Shown in pieces: positions 1 to 8,509 of a stretch of DNA of 61,996 nucleotides (position 1 is its first letter; every line of letters begins with the position of its first letter). A program made the position numbers and the translations under genes. The stretch lies in IMG/VR virus record IMGVR_UViG_3300044302_003481, positions 1-61,996 of that record. One strand, given 5' to 3'. Under the pieces are notes generated by a model. It searched no databases. It saw nothing but the letters and a program-made list of their open reading frames with translations, and was not told where the DNA came from. This DNA is from a virus (taxonomy: Duplodnaviria; Caudoviricetes).

Positions 1-2
1 AC

Positions 3-155
3 ATGACTAATGAAAATAGTCAGGAAGCAATAAAAGAGATATATAAAGACAATTTTTACTCGCTTCCTGCAAACAGACACAAACGAGACGAATTAATAAA
101 AAAGATACTCTTTGAACAAAATGAACTAGACAATAAAAAAGCCCCACCGAAGTGA
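3..155 (+). CDS. small hypothetical protein (50 aa, may extend beyond the window edge)
   Basis: Hand-translated MTNENSQEAIKEIYKDNF...KKAPPK*; ends in the terminator hairpin. Confidence 0.5.
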   Translation: MTNENSQEAIKEIYKDNFYSLPANRHKRDELIKKILFEQNELDNKKAPPK

Positions 156-161
156 GGCTTT
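135..161 (-). terminator. intrinsic terminator with C(UUCG)G loop, possibly bidirectional
   Basis: Minus strand GCCTCAC-TTCG-GTGGGGC-TTTTTT directly after the 170..310 gene. Confidence 0.85.
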
Positions 162-169
162 AATTAAAA

Positions 170-310
170 TCAAGCAACTGATTTCTTTTTCTTTGCTTCG
201 TAATGATACTTAGTTCCACGATAAGTATGTGGAGCGTCAGAAACAGTTTCTCTTGTAGGAGCTGAAACGTTCTTTTGATAAACGATTCCGCGATAAGTAA
301 GGCTTGCCAT
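170..310 (-). CDS. DUF4278-family small protein (46 aa), not in the ORF track
   Basis: MASLTYRGIVYQK...PHTYRGTKY...: two TYRGxxY motifs typical of cyanobacterial DUF4278; has its own -10 box and terminator. Confidence 0.8.
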   Translation of the reverse strand: MASLTYRGIVYQKNVSAPTRETVSDAPHTYRGTKYHYEAKKKKSVA

Positions 311-338
311 GGTAAGCACCGTGTGTGTTTATTCTTTA

Positions 339-381
339 AGTATACCGATTTGGTAGCCTTTGATACCGTTTATAGTGATAC
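339..381 (-). promoter_or_regulatory. sigma70 -10 box (TATACT, 344..339) with NtcA site GTA-N8-TAC (353..366) and a second near-consensus site (368..381)
   Basis: GTAgcctttgaTAC is a perfect NtcA palindrome; minus-strand GTAtcactataAAC is adjacent; first site lies 8 nt from the -10 box. Confidence 0.65.
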
Positions 382-479
382 ATTAAATGTTAAAAAATTA
401 TTAAGAAATTGAAAGGGGTAACCCCACCGCTGTTCCTTCGGCAGGGTTATCGTTCACTAGACGCAGGAAACAGTAAAAA

Positions 480-749
480 CTACGCCTCCCCTTCGGGCCT
501 GACACTGTTCTTCTCCGACCCACGGAGTATCTTATACTCGCTAATCTTTTCTTTTAATTCTTCGGCTGCTTTTTCTGCTTCACTTCTGAGTTCGTAGCTT
601 TTATCCCACCAAACAGTCTTACCGTCGTAGTACCAAGGTTGGAACTTAAGTAAATAACCATGAGCAATAGGATTTACTCCATACTTATGATCATATAAAT
701 CAACTGATCGATAAGGATAAAGCAACTTAACTAGGTAAAATTTGACCAA
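480..749 (-). CDS. hypothetical protein
   Basis: 89-aa ORF overlapping the end of 727..1326. Confidence 0.6.
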   Translation of the reverse strand: MVKFYLVKLLYPYRSVDLYDHKYGVNPIAHGYLLKFQPWYYDGKTVWWDKSYELRSEAEKAAEELKEKISEYKILRGSEKNSVRPEGEA

Positions 750-1326
750 CTAATTCTAGTGTCTCTTCCATTGAAAATTCTTTTTTATCTCCTTTTGGCT
801 TAACACGAAAACAATCAAAGTATTTTTCACCAGTAGTGTTAGCTGCCCGATCAATTGGTGTAATAGGAGTAATGTCAAATGATTTCCAAACTGCATCATC
901 TGGATAAGGAGGTCTATACCAATAAAAAGATTTTTGCTCATAATTAATAACCCACTCTGGATGATACTTATGCCAACGACTCCAAGCGTGAAATTGCCTA
1001 TCAGGATCACCAGAAGTACAATCCAGTTCTACACAATCTCCTGGTTGAATTAACCAACGTAATTTCAATACTTCCTGAAAACCTCGACGAATAGCTTTCA
1101 TCCCAGTTCTTCCAGTTATCTTTTGATGTAAGGATCTGGATCTTTTATTCTTTCTCTCATTAAACCAATCATTTAATTGACGATTAGATTTACCAACTGC
1201 AAAACCAACCTTCCAACTCCAATAGCCTTCCCTATATTCTCGAAGAGGATTCAAGAAAATTTTACATATTTGATCATCAATGCAAAATTTAGTACTCGTA
1301 AACTTGCGGCGTACTCGATAAGTCAT
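727..1326 (-). CDS. hypothetical protein
   Basis: 199-aa ORF, Trp/Arg-rich, no recognised motif. Confidence 0.7.
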   Translation of the reverse strand: MTYRVRRKFTSTKFCIDDQICKIFLNPLREYREGYWSWKVGFAVGKSNRQLNDWFNERKNKRSRSLHQKITGRTGMKAIRRGFQEVLKLRWLIQPGDCVELDCTSGDPDRQFHAWSRWHKYHPEWVINYEQKSFYWYRPPYPDDAVWKSFDITPITPIDRAANTTGEKYFDCFRVKPKGDKKEFSMEETLELVGQILPS

Positions 1327-1327
1327 C

Positions 1328-1612
1328 GTGGAAGAATTACTAAGACTGATTCAATCAGACCCCCAACTTTGGGAAATAGTTGAACAACTAAAACACCAAG
1401 ACGAAGAACCTGCTGACTTCTTCCTTAATGTAGCGAACATGTTATCAGTTGAGCTAGAAGAGCTACATCGAACTGATCTAAGCGATAAGCTTGCAGCACT
1501 ATTTGGTGGACTACCAGAACCCGCCTATAAAATGGTGCCATTACTACTACACGTTGCATTAGATATATGGATGATGAAATCAATTCCCAACCATGAATCA
1601 ATTAAGGATTGA
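1328..1612 (+). CDS. hypothetical protein
   Basis: 94-aa helical ORF, first of a tightly packed run ending in the polymerase. Confidence 0.7.
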   Translation: MEELLRLIQSDPQLWEIVEQLKHQDEEPADFFLNVANMLSVELEELHRTDLSDKLAALFGGLPEPAYKMVPLLLHVALDIWMMKSIPNHESIKD

Positions 1613-1615
1613 ACC

Positions 1616-1849
1616 ATGCAAAGCGGATACGTCTTGTGGGATTCCGAAAACCTAAAAGTTCTATGTATCTCTGAAGATAAAAAGGGAGTTGAATTAATTG
1701 AAATAAAGAAAACAAATGGATTAAATAAAACTCTCTGCCTCCCAGATTTAACTTCAGCTAAGAACGTAGATGAGAGACTTCGAAAGCTTGGCTTAATCGG
1801 AGAACTTGATATAGTGAATGTGGCGAAGCTTTATAAGCATTGTTTTTAA
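1616..1849 (+). CDS. hypothetical protein
   Basis: 77-aa ORF with 3-nt gaps to both neighbours. Confidence 0.65.
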   Translation: MQSGYVLWDSENLKVLCISEDKKGVELIEIKKTNGLNKTLCLPDLTSAKNVDERLRKLGLIGELDIVNVAKLYKHCF

Positions 1850-1852
1850 TTC

Positions 1853-3685
1853 ATGTTGAGACTAGTACTGGACTGTGAGACTAATGGTCTAGTCCATCAA
1901 TTAGACAAAGTACACAGCCTTGTACTCAGGGATGTTGATACAAACCATGTTTATAGCTGTTCAGATGAACCAGACTATGAACCAATTCATAATGGCTTAT
2001 ACCTTATATCTCAAGCTGATTTAATCATCGGTCACAATATAATCAACTTTGATTTCAGAGCATTAGCAAAAGTTTACCCCAATATTAAGAAGAAACCAGA
2101 TTGTATACTCTGTGACACCCTCATAATGAGTCGTGTTTTATGGCCTGAGTTAGATCCAGTAGATGAGCAAAAATTCTCTCATATTGATCCTAAATATAAA
2201 GGTAAACATTCTCTAGGAGCATGGGGTGACAGGTTAAATGTCAATAAGTCTGATTTCCCAGTAGAGGATGGTGCTGATAAATGGGATAAGTGGACTCCAG
2301 AGATGCAGAAGTATTGCGAGAATGACACCCTAGTCTCATTAGAGCTGTACAATTACCTCGCTTCTCAGAAATTGGACCCTCGCTGCTATGAGTTAGAGCA
2401 TAACTTTGCAGTCTTAATGACCCTTCAGGAGGACTATGGATTTCCTTTTAACGAAAAAGCAGCGTATGCTTTGGTTAACACTCTTAAAACACGACATACA
2501 GAAATCGATGAACAGTTACAGAAAGTTTTCCCGCCAATTACAGAAGAAAGGATTTCAGTCAAGACGGGGAAAAGACTTAAGGACAAGGTCACTACGTTTA
2601 ACCCCGCTTCGCGTAAACAAACTGCGGATAGGTTACGAGAGCGTTACCCTGAGATTAGATTCTCCAAGACCGAAAAAGGGAATGTTAAGGTTGATGATGA
2701 CGTCCTTGAAATCTTGGGTAAAAAATATCCAGAGGCGTCTCTTCTAGCTGAATATCAATTACTTAATAAAAGACTCGGTCAAATAATTGAAGGTAAGGAA
2801 GCTTGGCTAAAACATAGTCAGAAATATAAAGACGGAAGAATACATGGCTCAGTTATTACAAACGCTTGTGTGTCGGGACGATGTAGTCATCGAGGTCCCA
2901 ATATGGCTCAAATTCCTAGAGTTGGTCACCAATACGGCGCAGAATGTAGAGCCTTATTTCATGCAACACCTGGATGGCTACTAATAGGAGCTGATGCTAG
3001 TGGTTTAGAGCTACGTGCATTAGGTGCTCAATTAGCCTACTTCGATGATGGGGAGTATGCAAAGCTAGTTAGTACAGACGATTTTGATATTCATACTCAT
3101 AATGCAAAATTATTTGGCATATTTGATGGTAAAGGTGAAATAGATAAAAAGACGAGAGAGCTTGCAAAAACTATGATTTATGCCGTACTTTATGGAGCCG
3201 GCGCCCAGAAACTTGGTTCTATCTTAGATGTCTCTTTAAGTGAACAAAAAAGAAAAGAATTAGGCTATGAAACTATCAATACTTTCTACAAAAATTTACC
3301 TGCTATTAAAGAATTAAAAGATAAAGTTGATGAACGTGTTTTACAACGAGGATATTTAACTGGAATAGATGGTAGACATTTACAAATCAGATCTCGACAT
3401 TCCGCTTTAAATCAGCTACTTCAATCAACAGGTGCAATAACAGTTAAAAAAGCTACATGTATCCTATACAAGGATTTGTACGAAGCAGGATTAAAATGGG
3501 CTTGTCACTTTGCATTCGTCGCACACATACACGATGAGATTCAGGCTCTTGTAAAACCTCAATTTGAGGATCTTTACAAAAGTTTAGCCATCGACTCTTT
3601 TCGTAAGTCTGGAGAATTTTTCAATTTAAAGTGTCCTCTAACTGGCGAAGCCAAATCAGGAAAAAACTGGATGGAGACCCACTAA
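1853..3685 (+). CDS. polA: family A DNA polymerase with 3'-5' exonuclease (T7 gp5-like)
   Basis: ExoI LDCETNG, GHNIINFD, motif A GADASGLELR, motif B AKTMIYAVLYGAG, motif C HIHDEIQ, C-terminal GKNWMETH. Confidence 0.97.
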   Translation: MLRLVLDCETNGLVHQLDKVHSLVLRDVDTNHVYSCSDEPDYEPIHNGLYLISQADLIIGHNIINFDFRALAKVYPNIKKKPDCILCDTLIMSRVLWPELDPVDEQKFSHIDPKYKGKHSLGAWGDRLNVNKSDFPVEDGADKWDKWTPEMQKYCENDTLVSLELYNYLASQKLDPRCYELEHNFAVLMTLQEDYGFPFNEKAAYALVNTLKTRHTEIDEQLQKVFPPITEERISVKTGKRLKDKVTTFNPASRKQTADRLRERYPEIRFSKTEKGNVKVDDDVLEILGKKYPEASLLAEYQLLNKRLGQIIEGKEAWLKHSQKYKDGRIHGSVITNACVSGRCSHRGPNMAQIPRVGHQYGAECRALFHATPGWLLIGADASGLELRALGAQLAYFDDGEYAKLVSTDDFDIHTHNAKLFGIFDGKGEIDKKTRELAKTMIYAVLYGAGAQKLGSILDVSLSEQKRKELGYETINTFYKNLPAIKELKDKVDERVLQRGYLTGIDGRHLQIRSRHSALNQLLQSTGAITVKKATCILYKDLYEAGLKWACHFAFVAHIHDEIQALVKPQFEDLYKSLAIDSFRKSGEFFNLKCPLTGEAKSGKNWMETH

Positions 3686-3864
3686 TGAAAAAGAAAAAAC
3701 ACCAAATCAAATCATCTTGGTATTACATCTTCTGGGGAATCATGTCAGCTTCAGTAGTAGCCGGACAAATTTACGTCGGTACTGGTTACAGAGAGATGTC
3801 GGAAAGTATCAGAAAGAGCATCATCTTATTTGATCCTCCTTCAGCCTTTCCACACATACGTTGA
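3685..3864 (+). CDS. small membrane protein
   Basis: ATG overlaps pol stop (TAATG); MKKKKHQIKSSWYYIFWGIMSASVVAGQIYVG has one TM segment. Confidence 0.65.
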   Translation: MKKKKHQIKSSWYYIFWGIMSASVVAGQIYVGTGYREMSESIRKSIILFDPPSAFPHIR

Positions 3865-4006
3865 GACATGTCTCTTCCTCATCGTCTAAATAACAATGAG
3901 AAATGCATTCAAAGTAACGTTCAACTGGATCGTGTGTGTTCATTTCAAAACTTTAGCCCATGTTGTACTAAAAACTTAGTGAGTACAAATTCTCAAAAAA
4001 TTAAAT

Positions 4007-4327
4007 ATGGATAAACATGACATCCCTTTCTTAGGAGATTTTTATACTAAAAGTGAAGTAGACGCCATGGTTGCAGCTGCTGTTGAAGAAGCTAGAGCAA
4101 TCGATGAAGCATCGATGGCAGAACATAACTTCAAGGCAACAATTATTAGTATGGTTTTAGGCTTTATATGTCTAGCACTATTTGTAGATGGATTACTTCG
4201 CATACTTGGTATCATTCCACCATTCGCAGGTCTTGACGTTAATATTCTGGATGATATCGCAGAGAAAACTACAAAGATAGTAGAAAAAGACTTGGCTCCA
4301 GTATTAAATAAAATTCCTAGAATTTAA
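4007..4327 (+). CDS. picocyanobacterial/cyanophage-type membrane protein
   Basis: HNFKATIISMVLGFICLALFVDGLLRILGIIPPF hydrophobic segment. Confidence 0.7.
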   Translation: MDKHDIPFLGDFYTKSEVDAMVAAAVEEARAIDEASMAEHNFKATIISMVLGFICLALFVDGLLRILGIIPPFAGLDVNILDDIAEKTTKIVEKDLAPVLNKIPRI

Positions 4328-4763
4328 TTAAGCCTTTTAAAAAATCTCCTGTTCTTTTACCTATATCAGTTTCAGGATTATTACTTATACCAAATTGACC
4401 AACTTGTAAATCAGGCATAGCTTCAGTTGCTTGATCCAAAGCTGATCCTTCTTGACCTTGTCCCCAAAGCTGAGCCCCTATAGCAGTTGGTCCTGCATAA
4501 TTTTTAAGAAAATCTAAACCTCTTAAAACAGCTTGACGCCCTAATGGAGTTGGTCCCGACATGAAGCCACCTTCATTAGCAGGCACACCTGGTCGGAATC
4601 CACGAGTTAAATCCCATCCTCCTTTCGAGCCTCCTTTACCAAACTTACCTCTCTGACTCCAATCATCTCTAAAAAGATCTCCCCAACTAGCAGTAGCTTC
4701 ATTAGGAATACGAGTATTTTGTCCTTTAAAAAACCAATTTGTAACAGGGTTAGACATTACCAA
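4317..4763 (-). CDS. Gly-rich low-complexity protein (candidate virion cargo)
   Basis: 148-aa ORF; C-terminal KRTGDFLKGL motif. Confidence 0.65.
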   Translation of the reverse strand: MVMSNPVTNWFFKGQNTRIPNEATASWGDLFRDDWSQRGKFGKGGSKGGWDLTRGFRPGVPANEGGFMSGPTPLGRQAVLRGLDFLKNYAGPTAIGAQLWGQGQEGSALDQATEAMPDLQVGQFGISNNPETDIGKRTGDFLKGLIKF

Positions 4764-5263
4764 CCCTTACCTAGAGGTACTACTTGTGGAGGAAATCTTG
4801 GATCATATGTACCAATAGGACCTAAACCTGCTCCTGGATCACCATCTCTTTCGTAATTCCATTCCATAGTCTTTACTCCTGGATGATGTCCCCAACCTGG
4901 TGCTCGTTCTCCCCAATCATATTTTGGAAAAGGTACAGGTGTATTTGAATCATTACCACCAAAAATACTTCGATCATATTTTGGAAATGGTACAGGGGTA
5001 ACTGGTCCTCCTAAAACACCTGTACTCCGTACAGTAGGTGGTAATCCATTTGCTTTCTTCCATTCTTCAAATTCCTGTGGAGTCATCAAAGCTACTTCTG
5101 GATTCGTTTTACGAGCTTGGTAAAACCCAGATTCTCTCTTAGCTTGATCCTCTTGACGATGATCATACCCCCACGGATGTATAGGTCCTCCATAATCTCG
5201 ATTATGTTCAACAAAAGAATTTCCTAGCACACCATCGAGGTTTTTCTTAATCAGTGGATTCAT
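4757..5263 (-). CDS. Pro/Gly-rich hypothetical protein with internal TPVPFPKYD repeat
   Basis: 168-aa ORF; TPVPFPKYD occurs twice; upstream TAAAAT box. Confidence 0.65.
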   Translation of the reverse strand: MNPLIKKNLDGVLGNSFVEHNRDYGGPIHPWGYDHRQEDQAKRESGFYQARKTNPEVALMTPQEFEEWKKANGLPPTVRSTGVLGGPVTPVPFPKYDRSIFGGNDSNTPVPFPKYDWGERAPGWGHHPGVKTMEWNYERDGDPGAGLGPIGTYDPRFPPQVVPLGKGW

Positions 5264-5343
5264 ATTATTAACACTAAATAAATAGGTATTATCTTGTCTA
5301 TTTTAGATTATCCAAGTACAGTTGCTATGCACATAAATATCTC

Positions 5344-5508
5344 ATGCCACCACGTACTAAAAAAGAAAAGCCTTTTACCGAGATGTCGAACGAAGAGCTT
5401 TCACAACTACAAAGTGGTTACATAGACTTACGTAACCACGCTGACTACTATCTCCAAGCAATCCTCAAAGAAATGCAGGTGCGCTTAGAACAAAATCTTG
5501 TTAAGTAA
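5344..5508 (+). CDS. small hypothetical protein (54 aa), not in the ORF track
   Basis: MPPRTKKEKPFTEMSNEELSQLQ...LVK*; ends 2 nt before the SSB start. Confidence 0.6.
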   Translation: MPPRTKKEKPFTEMSNEELSQLQSGYIDLRNHADYYLQAILKEMQVRLEQNLVK

Positions 5509-5510
5509 CC

Positions 5511-6209
5511 ATGAACATTATCAACGCATGCGCCAAGTACACAGGGTACGAAGAAAGCATCAAAGCTTTACGTTTTGAAATACCTGGGAAAGGAAAAAAT
5601 CCTGCTACCCCTCTATTTGTAATTTATAGTTTTGCTGCCCAAGAAACCAGTGCTAATCCTAGTGCATTTGAAATAGGCTCAAATGTATTAATAACAGGGA
5701 GACTCTATAAAAGGGTTCAACCAGATGAAGAAGAAAAAGATGGTCGTATGTATGTCGTACCTACCCAAGAATTACAGATTACTCATCCTAATTGCGAATT
5801 AAATCAAGTTCAGCTCGCTGGTGCAGTGGGTTGGAGAGGAGATCTAAAAGTACTTCCTAGAGGGAATGGAGTCGTTAACTTCCTTCTACTATGCCAAGCT
5901 AGTAAACAGAAACAGCTTAATCACGAATGGGATGATAGTGTCCCCTTTAAAATTGAGGCATGGGGAGAAGAAGCAAAACGATTTGATAAACATGTCTACG
6001 TAGGTAGATCACTTGCTCTAGGAGGAGCTTTAAAATTTGACTGTTGGACTGCAAAAGATGGTTCCAAGCAAGGAGGCTACAAAGTTTCAGCAAAAAATGC
6101 TCAACATGCCTTATTTGGAAAAAGTCAAAAGACTGAAGAAAAAACTGAACCAGTTACTACTCCAGCTGTTGAAGTTACAAAAGATGCCGAAGATGGCATC
6201 CCTTTTTAA
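5511..6209 (+). CDS. ssb: single-stranded DNA-binding protein with two OB folds
   Basis: GSNVLITGRL in the first half; LNQVQLAGAVG, IEAWGEEAK, GRSLALGGALKFDCW in the second; acidic tail EDGIPF. Confidence 0.85.
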   Translation: MNIINACAKYTGYEESIKALRFEIPGKGKNPATPLFVIYSFAAQETSANPSAFEIGSNVLITGRLYKRVQPDEEEKDGRMYVVPTQELQITHPNCELNQVQLAGAVGWRGDLKVLPRGNGVVNFLLLCQASKQKQLNHEWDDSVPFKIEAWGEEAKRFDKHVYVGRSLALGGALKFDCWTAKDGSKQGGYKVSAKNAQHALFGKSQKTEEKTEPVTTPAVEVTKDAEDGIPF

Positions 6210-6242
6210 AAACGCTATCCTTTAAACAAACTCAAAAAAATT

Positions 6243-7190
6243 ATGTCTTTATTAGACCGTTACCTTGACACTGAAAAATATCAAGGAGAAATACGTCCTT
6301 TACCAAAAGCTTTGTTTTATCAGAGATTTGGTAAGCATGAATTATGGATGACAAATATGGATGCTGACAAAGCTGGCATTGATATTAAAAAACTTAAAGA
6401 ACAACCTGATGCTCAAACAGCAAAAAGAAAATTTGGAGCTGGAGCAGGTGCTGAAACAAAAGAAGGAATTGTATTTAAGACTCCAAGATTAATGGTCATC
6501 CGAGGTGCAAAATTTGATGACCCTGTTTTCTGGGAAGATAAAAGACAAGAAGAAAGAGGAAAAGTCTATGGTCAAGTAGGCGTCATTCCTAATCTTTGGG
6601 AAGAATGGAACAATGATGATAGTAAACCCGGCGATCCACCATTTAGAAAACGTCGCGTAGTACTATTTTTCATAGTTGATGCAAATGGTATTCCTATTCA
6701 TGGAAAACCAATTTCTTTAGCTCTACATGGAGGAGCATCAAATAAATTTGTTGAACGCTATCAACAATTCTTAGAACAATTAGAAGCAGCCTTTAGTAAA
6801 AAGTATAAAACTAAATCAGCTGCAGCTATGAGTGATCTACAAGCCGCTGCTTCAATTTGGACTCCTACATTTGATGCAGAAGAATATGGAACTGATGCAG
6901 GATCATCAGCAATTACCGTTGCTGAATCATGGGTTATTCCTACACCAGAAACCCTTGAGGATTTCTATCCGAAAAAAGAAGAGGACTTTAAATATATCGA
7001 AGAAGTTTACGAATCTCTTCCACCCGCTCTTATGTATAAGCGTTATTTTGCAGCATGTGAAGATGAGTCCAGTTGGCATCCATTAGTTGCCGGAGCATTG
7101 GATAGTCTCAAACTTCCAGAAGCAAGAGATGGAGGAGCTGCACTAGGAGCTAAAGATGAAACTGGTGCTTTAGTTGGTGGCCTAAAGTAA
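6243..7190 (+). CDS. replication/recombination-associated protein, possibly DUF5895-like
   Basis: 315-aa ORF right after ssb; FKTPRLMVIRG and LFFIVDANGIPIH recall cyanobacterial DUF5895 proteins (recall only). Confidence 0.5.
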   Translation: MSLLDRYLDTEKYQGEIRPLPKALFYQRFGKHELWMTNMDADKAGIDIKKLKEQPDAQTAKRKFGAGAGAETKEGIVFKTPRLMVIRGAKFDDPVFWEDKRQEERGKVYGQVGVIPNLWEEWNNDDSKPGDPPFRKRRVVLFFIVDANGIPIHGKPISLALHGGASNKFVERYQQFLEQLEAAFSKKYKTKSAAAMSDLQAAASIWTPTFDAEEYGTDAGSSAITVAESWVIPTPETLEDFYPKKEEDFKYIEEVYESLPPALMYKRYFAACEDESSWHPLVAGALDSLKLPEARDGGAALGAKDETGALVGGLK

Positions 7191-7236
7191 AACTTAATAT
7201 GGAGTATTCAACTCTCTATTTAGTCATGACAAAATT

Positions 7237-7272
7237 GCTGTTCCTCTCCATTGGGGCTGGGGCAGCTTTTTT
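7237..7272 (+). terminator. intrinsic terminator after the ssb operon
   Basis: GCTGTTCC...GGGGCAGC stem followed by TTTTTT. Confidence 0.6.
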
Positions 7273-7299
7273 AATTGTTGGACTACTAGCAGCTACTCT

Positions 7300-7437
7300 T
7301 CAAGACTTAGAAGAGGATAATTTAGAGTAAGCCTTTTCAGCTTTCTTCATAATCTTTAGTGCCTTTTCTCTAGAGACACATTTCTCTGCCTTGGTCGCCA
7401 GCTTGACCAACTTCTTATACTGTTTTGCTGAGTTCAA
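7300..7437 (-). CDS. small basic helical protein (45 aa, TTG start), not in the ORF track
   Basis: MNSAKQYKKLVKLATKAEKCVSREKALKIMKKAEK...; start overlaps the stop of 7434..7682. Confidence 0.5.
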   Translation of the reverse strand: MNSAKQYKKLVKLATKAEKCVSREKALKIMKKAEKAYSKLSSSKS

Positions 7438-7682
7438 CCGTCGTAACTTTTTTTAATCACACCTTGAGTCTCTATTTCTGCTAAACGTTTGCAAAGACCA
7501 CGAATAACTGCTTGACGCTGAATCGCTATACCCAACAAATTCATAGCCCCATGTCGTAATTCCTCAATATCCTGTACCTTTTCAATCTGAGTTGAAACAG
7601 CTTTAAGAGTAAACTCATCTTCCAAACTAGGAGTTTGGTCAATGGGTTCAAAAGATAGTTCGACTACTTTAAAAGACGACAT
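7434..7682 (-). CDS. NblA-like protein (phage-type, divergent)
   Basis: PSLEDEFTLKAVSTQIEKVQDIEELRHGAMNLLGIAIQRQAVIRGL follows the NblA LSLEQQF helix-loop-helix pattern. Confidence 0.55.
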   Translation of the reverse strand: MSSFKVVELSFEPIDQTPSLEDEFTLKAVSTQIEKVQDIEELRHGAMNLLGIAIQRQAVIRGLCKRLAEIETQGVIKKSYDG

Positions 7683-7719
7683 AACTGAAGAGACCTATTA
7701 CTTAGTCTAACTAATGTTA

Positions 7720-7747
7720 TTGACAGAGACCGAACTAAGATTAAAAT
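7720..7747 (+). promoter_or_regulatory. sigma70-type promoter TTGACA-N16-TAAAAT
   Basis: Near-consensus -35/-10 just upstream of the ATG at 7770. Confidence 0.6.
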
Positions 7748-7769
7748 CGGATCACAGATCACTTAATTA

Positions 7770-7907
7770 ATGGCTAAAGCTGCTTGGACAGATGGTAAAA
7801 AGCAAAGCGATGCAATACCAAAAAAGACCTCTATAGGTGATGGCAGACGTAAGCGTGGCTCATATGCTTGGAAAAGTAAAAAGAAATATAGAGGACAAGG
7901 AAAGTAA
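7770..7907 (+). CDS. small basic protein ending KKYRGQGK (45 aa), not in the ORF track
   Basis: MAKAAWTDGKK...KKTSIGDGRRKRGS...KKKYRGQGK*; stop overlaps the next ATG. Confidence 0.7.
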   Translation: MAKAAWTDGKKQSDAIPKKTSIGDGRRKRGSYAWKSKKKYRGQGK

Positions 7908-8509
7908 TGGCAGACCCTATCTCTTATCTTCGTCTATTAGAAGAAGGTGAACAAATTGACTATTTATTAAACTCACCAGATGTAACTGACGAAGAAAAAG
8001 AGGAACTTAAATACATATGGAACTCGCTTAAGTCTAGAAAAGAATCTAAATTTGACGCCATTGTAGGTGTTATTAAAGAGTGTGATGCGATCATAAATAA
8101 ACTAGAAAGAGAAGAAAAAGAAATAAAAAATAGTAAAGAACACTGGAAAAAGAAGAGATCTAATGTTATTAACATTATTAAAATGGCATATGAAAAACGA
8201 TTAATAAGTTCAAAACCTACAGGTGATAAGTATCAAGCAACTATTAGACCAACTAAAACAAAATTAATTGACAATTTTGATAAGTGGACACGTAATGAAA
8301 AGGAAAATTTTGGACTCTATAAAAGAACTGTAATTACAAGAGCAATAGATAACTCAATCATTAATCAAAAGCAAGAAGAGCTGCCAGATCGAGAGAGAAT
8401 TAGAAAAGTCTTATCTGATCATCCAAAAGAGGCTCCCTCCACTTCACGACTAGTCCAAAGAGTCTCACTTGTTTACGGTTTACGAAAAAGAATTAAGAAA
8501 GGAGTATAA
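7907..8509 (+). CDS. Siphovirus Gp157-like coiled-coil protein
   Basis: ESKFDAIVGVIKE...EREEKEIKNSKEHWKK...; late PDRERIRKVL; located in the ssb neighbourhood. Confidence 0.65.
   Translation: MADPISYLRLLEEGEQIDYLLNSPDVTDEEKEELKYIWNSLKSRKESKFDAIVGVIKECDAIINKLEREEKEIKNSKEHWKKKRSNVINIIKMAYEKRLISSKPTGDKYQATIRPTKTKLIDNFDKWTRNEKENFGLYKRTVITRAIDNSIINQKQEELPDRERIRKVLSDHPKEAPSTSRLVQRVSLVYGLRKRIKKGV

Noticed and set aside
418-474. HDV-like ribozyme on the + strand (7-bp P1 GTAACCC/GGGTTAT starting with G-U; loop UCCUUCG)
   Set aside because: No GG for P1.1 after P1 and no downstream partner for P2
449-480. Glutamine (Downstream-peptide/glnA) riboswitch suggested by CGTTCA...CGCA
   Set aside because: Wrong strand for the DUF4278 gene and the closing GGAACG is absent
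409-597. 62-aa + strand ORF
   Set aside because: Shadow of 480..749(-) and the structured intergenic segment
7226-7330. 34-aa hydrophobic + strand ORF
   Set aside because: Spans the terminator hairpin and overlaps a better minus-strand ORF; cannot be supported
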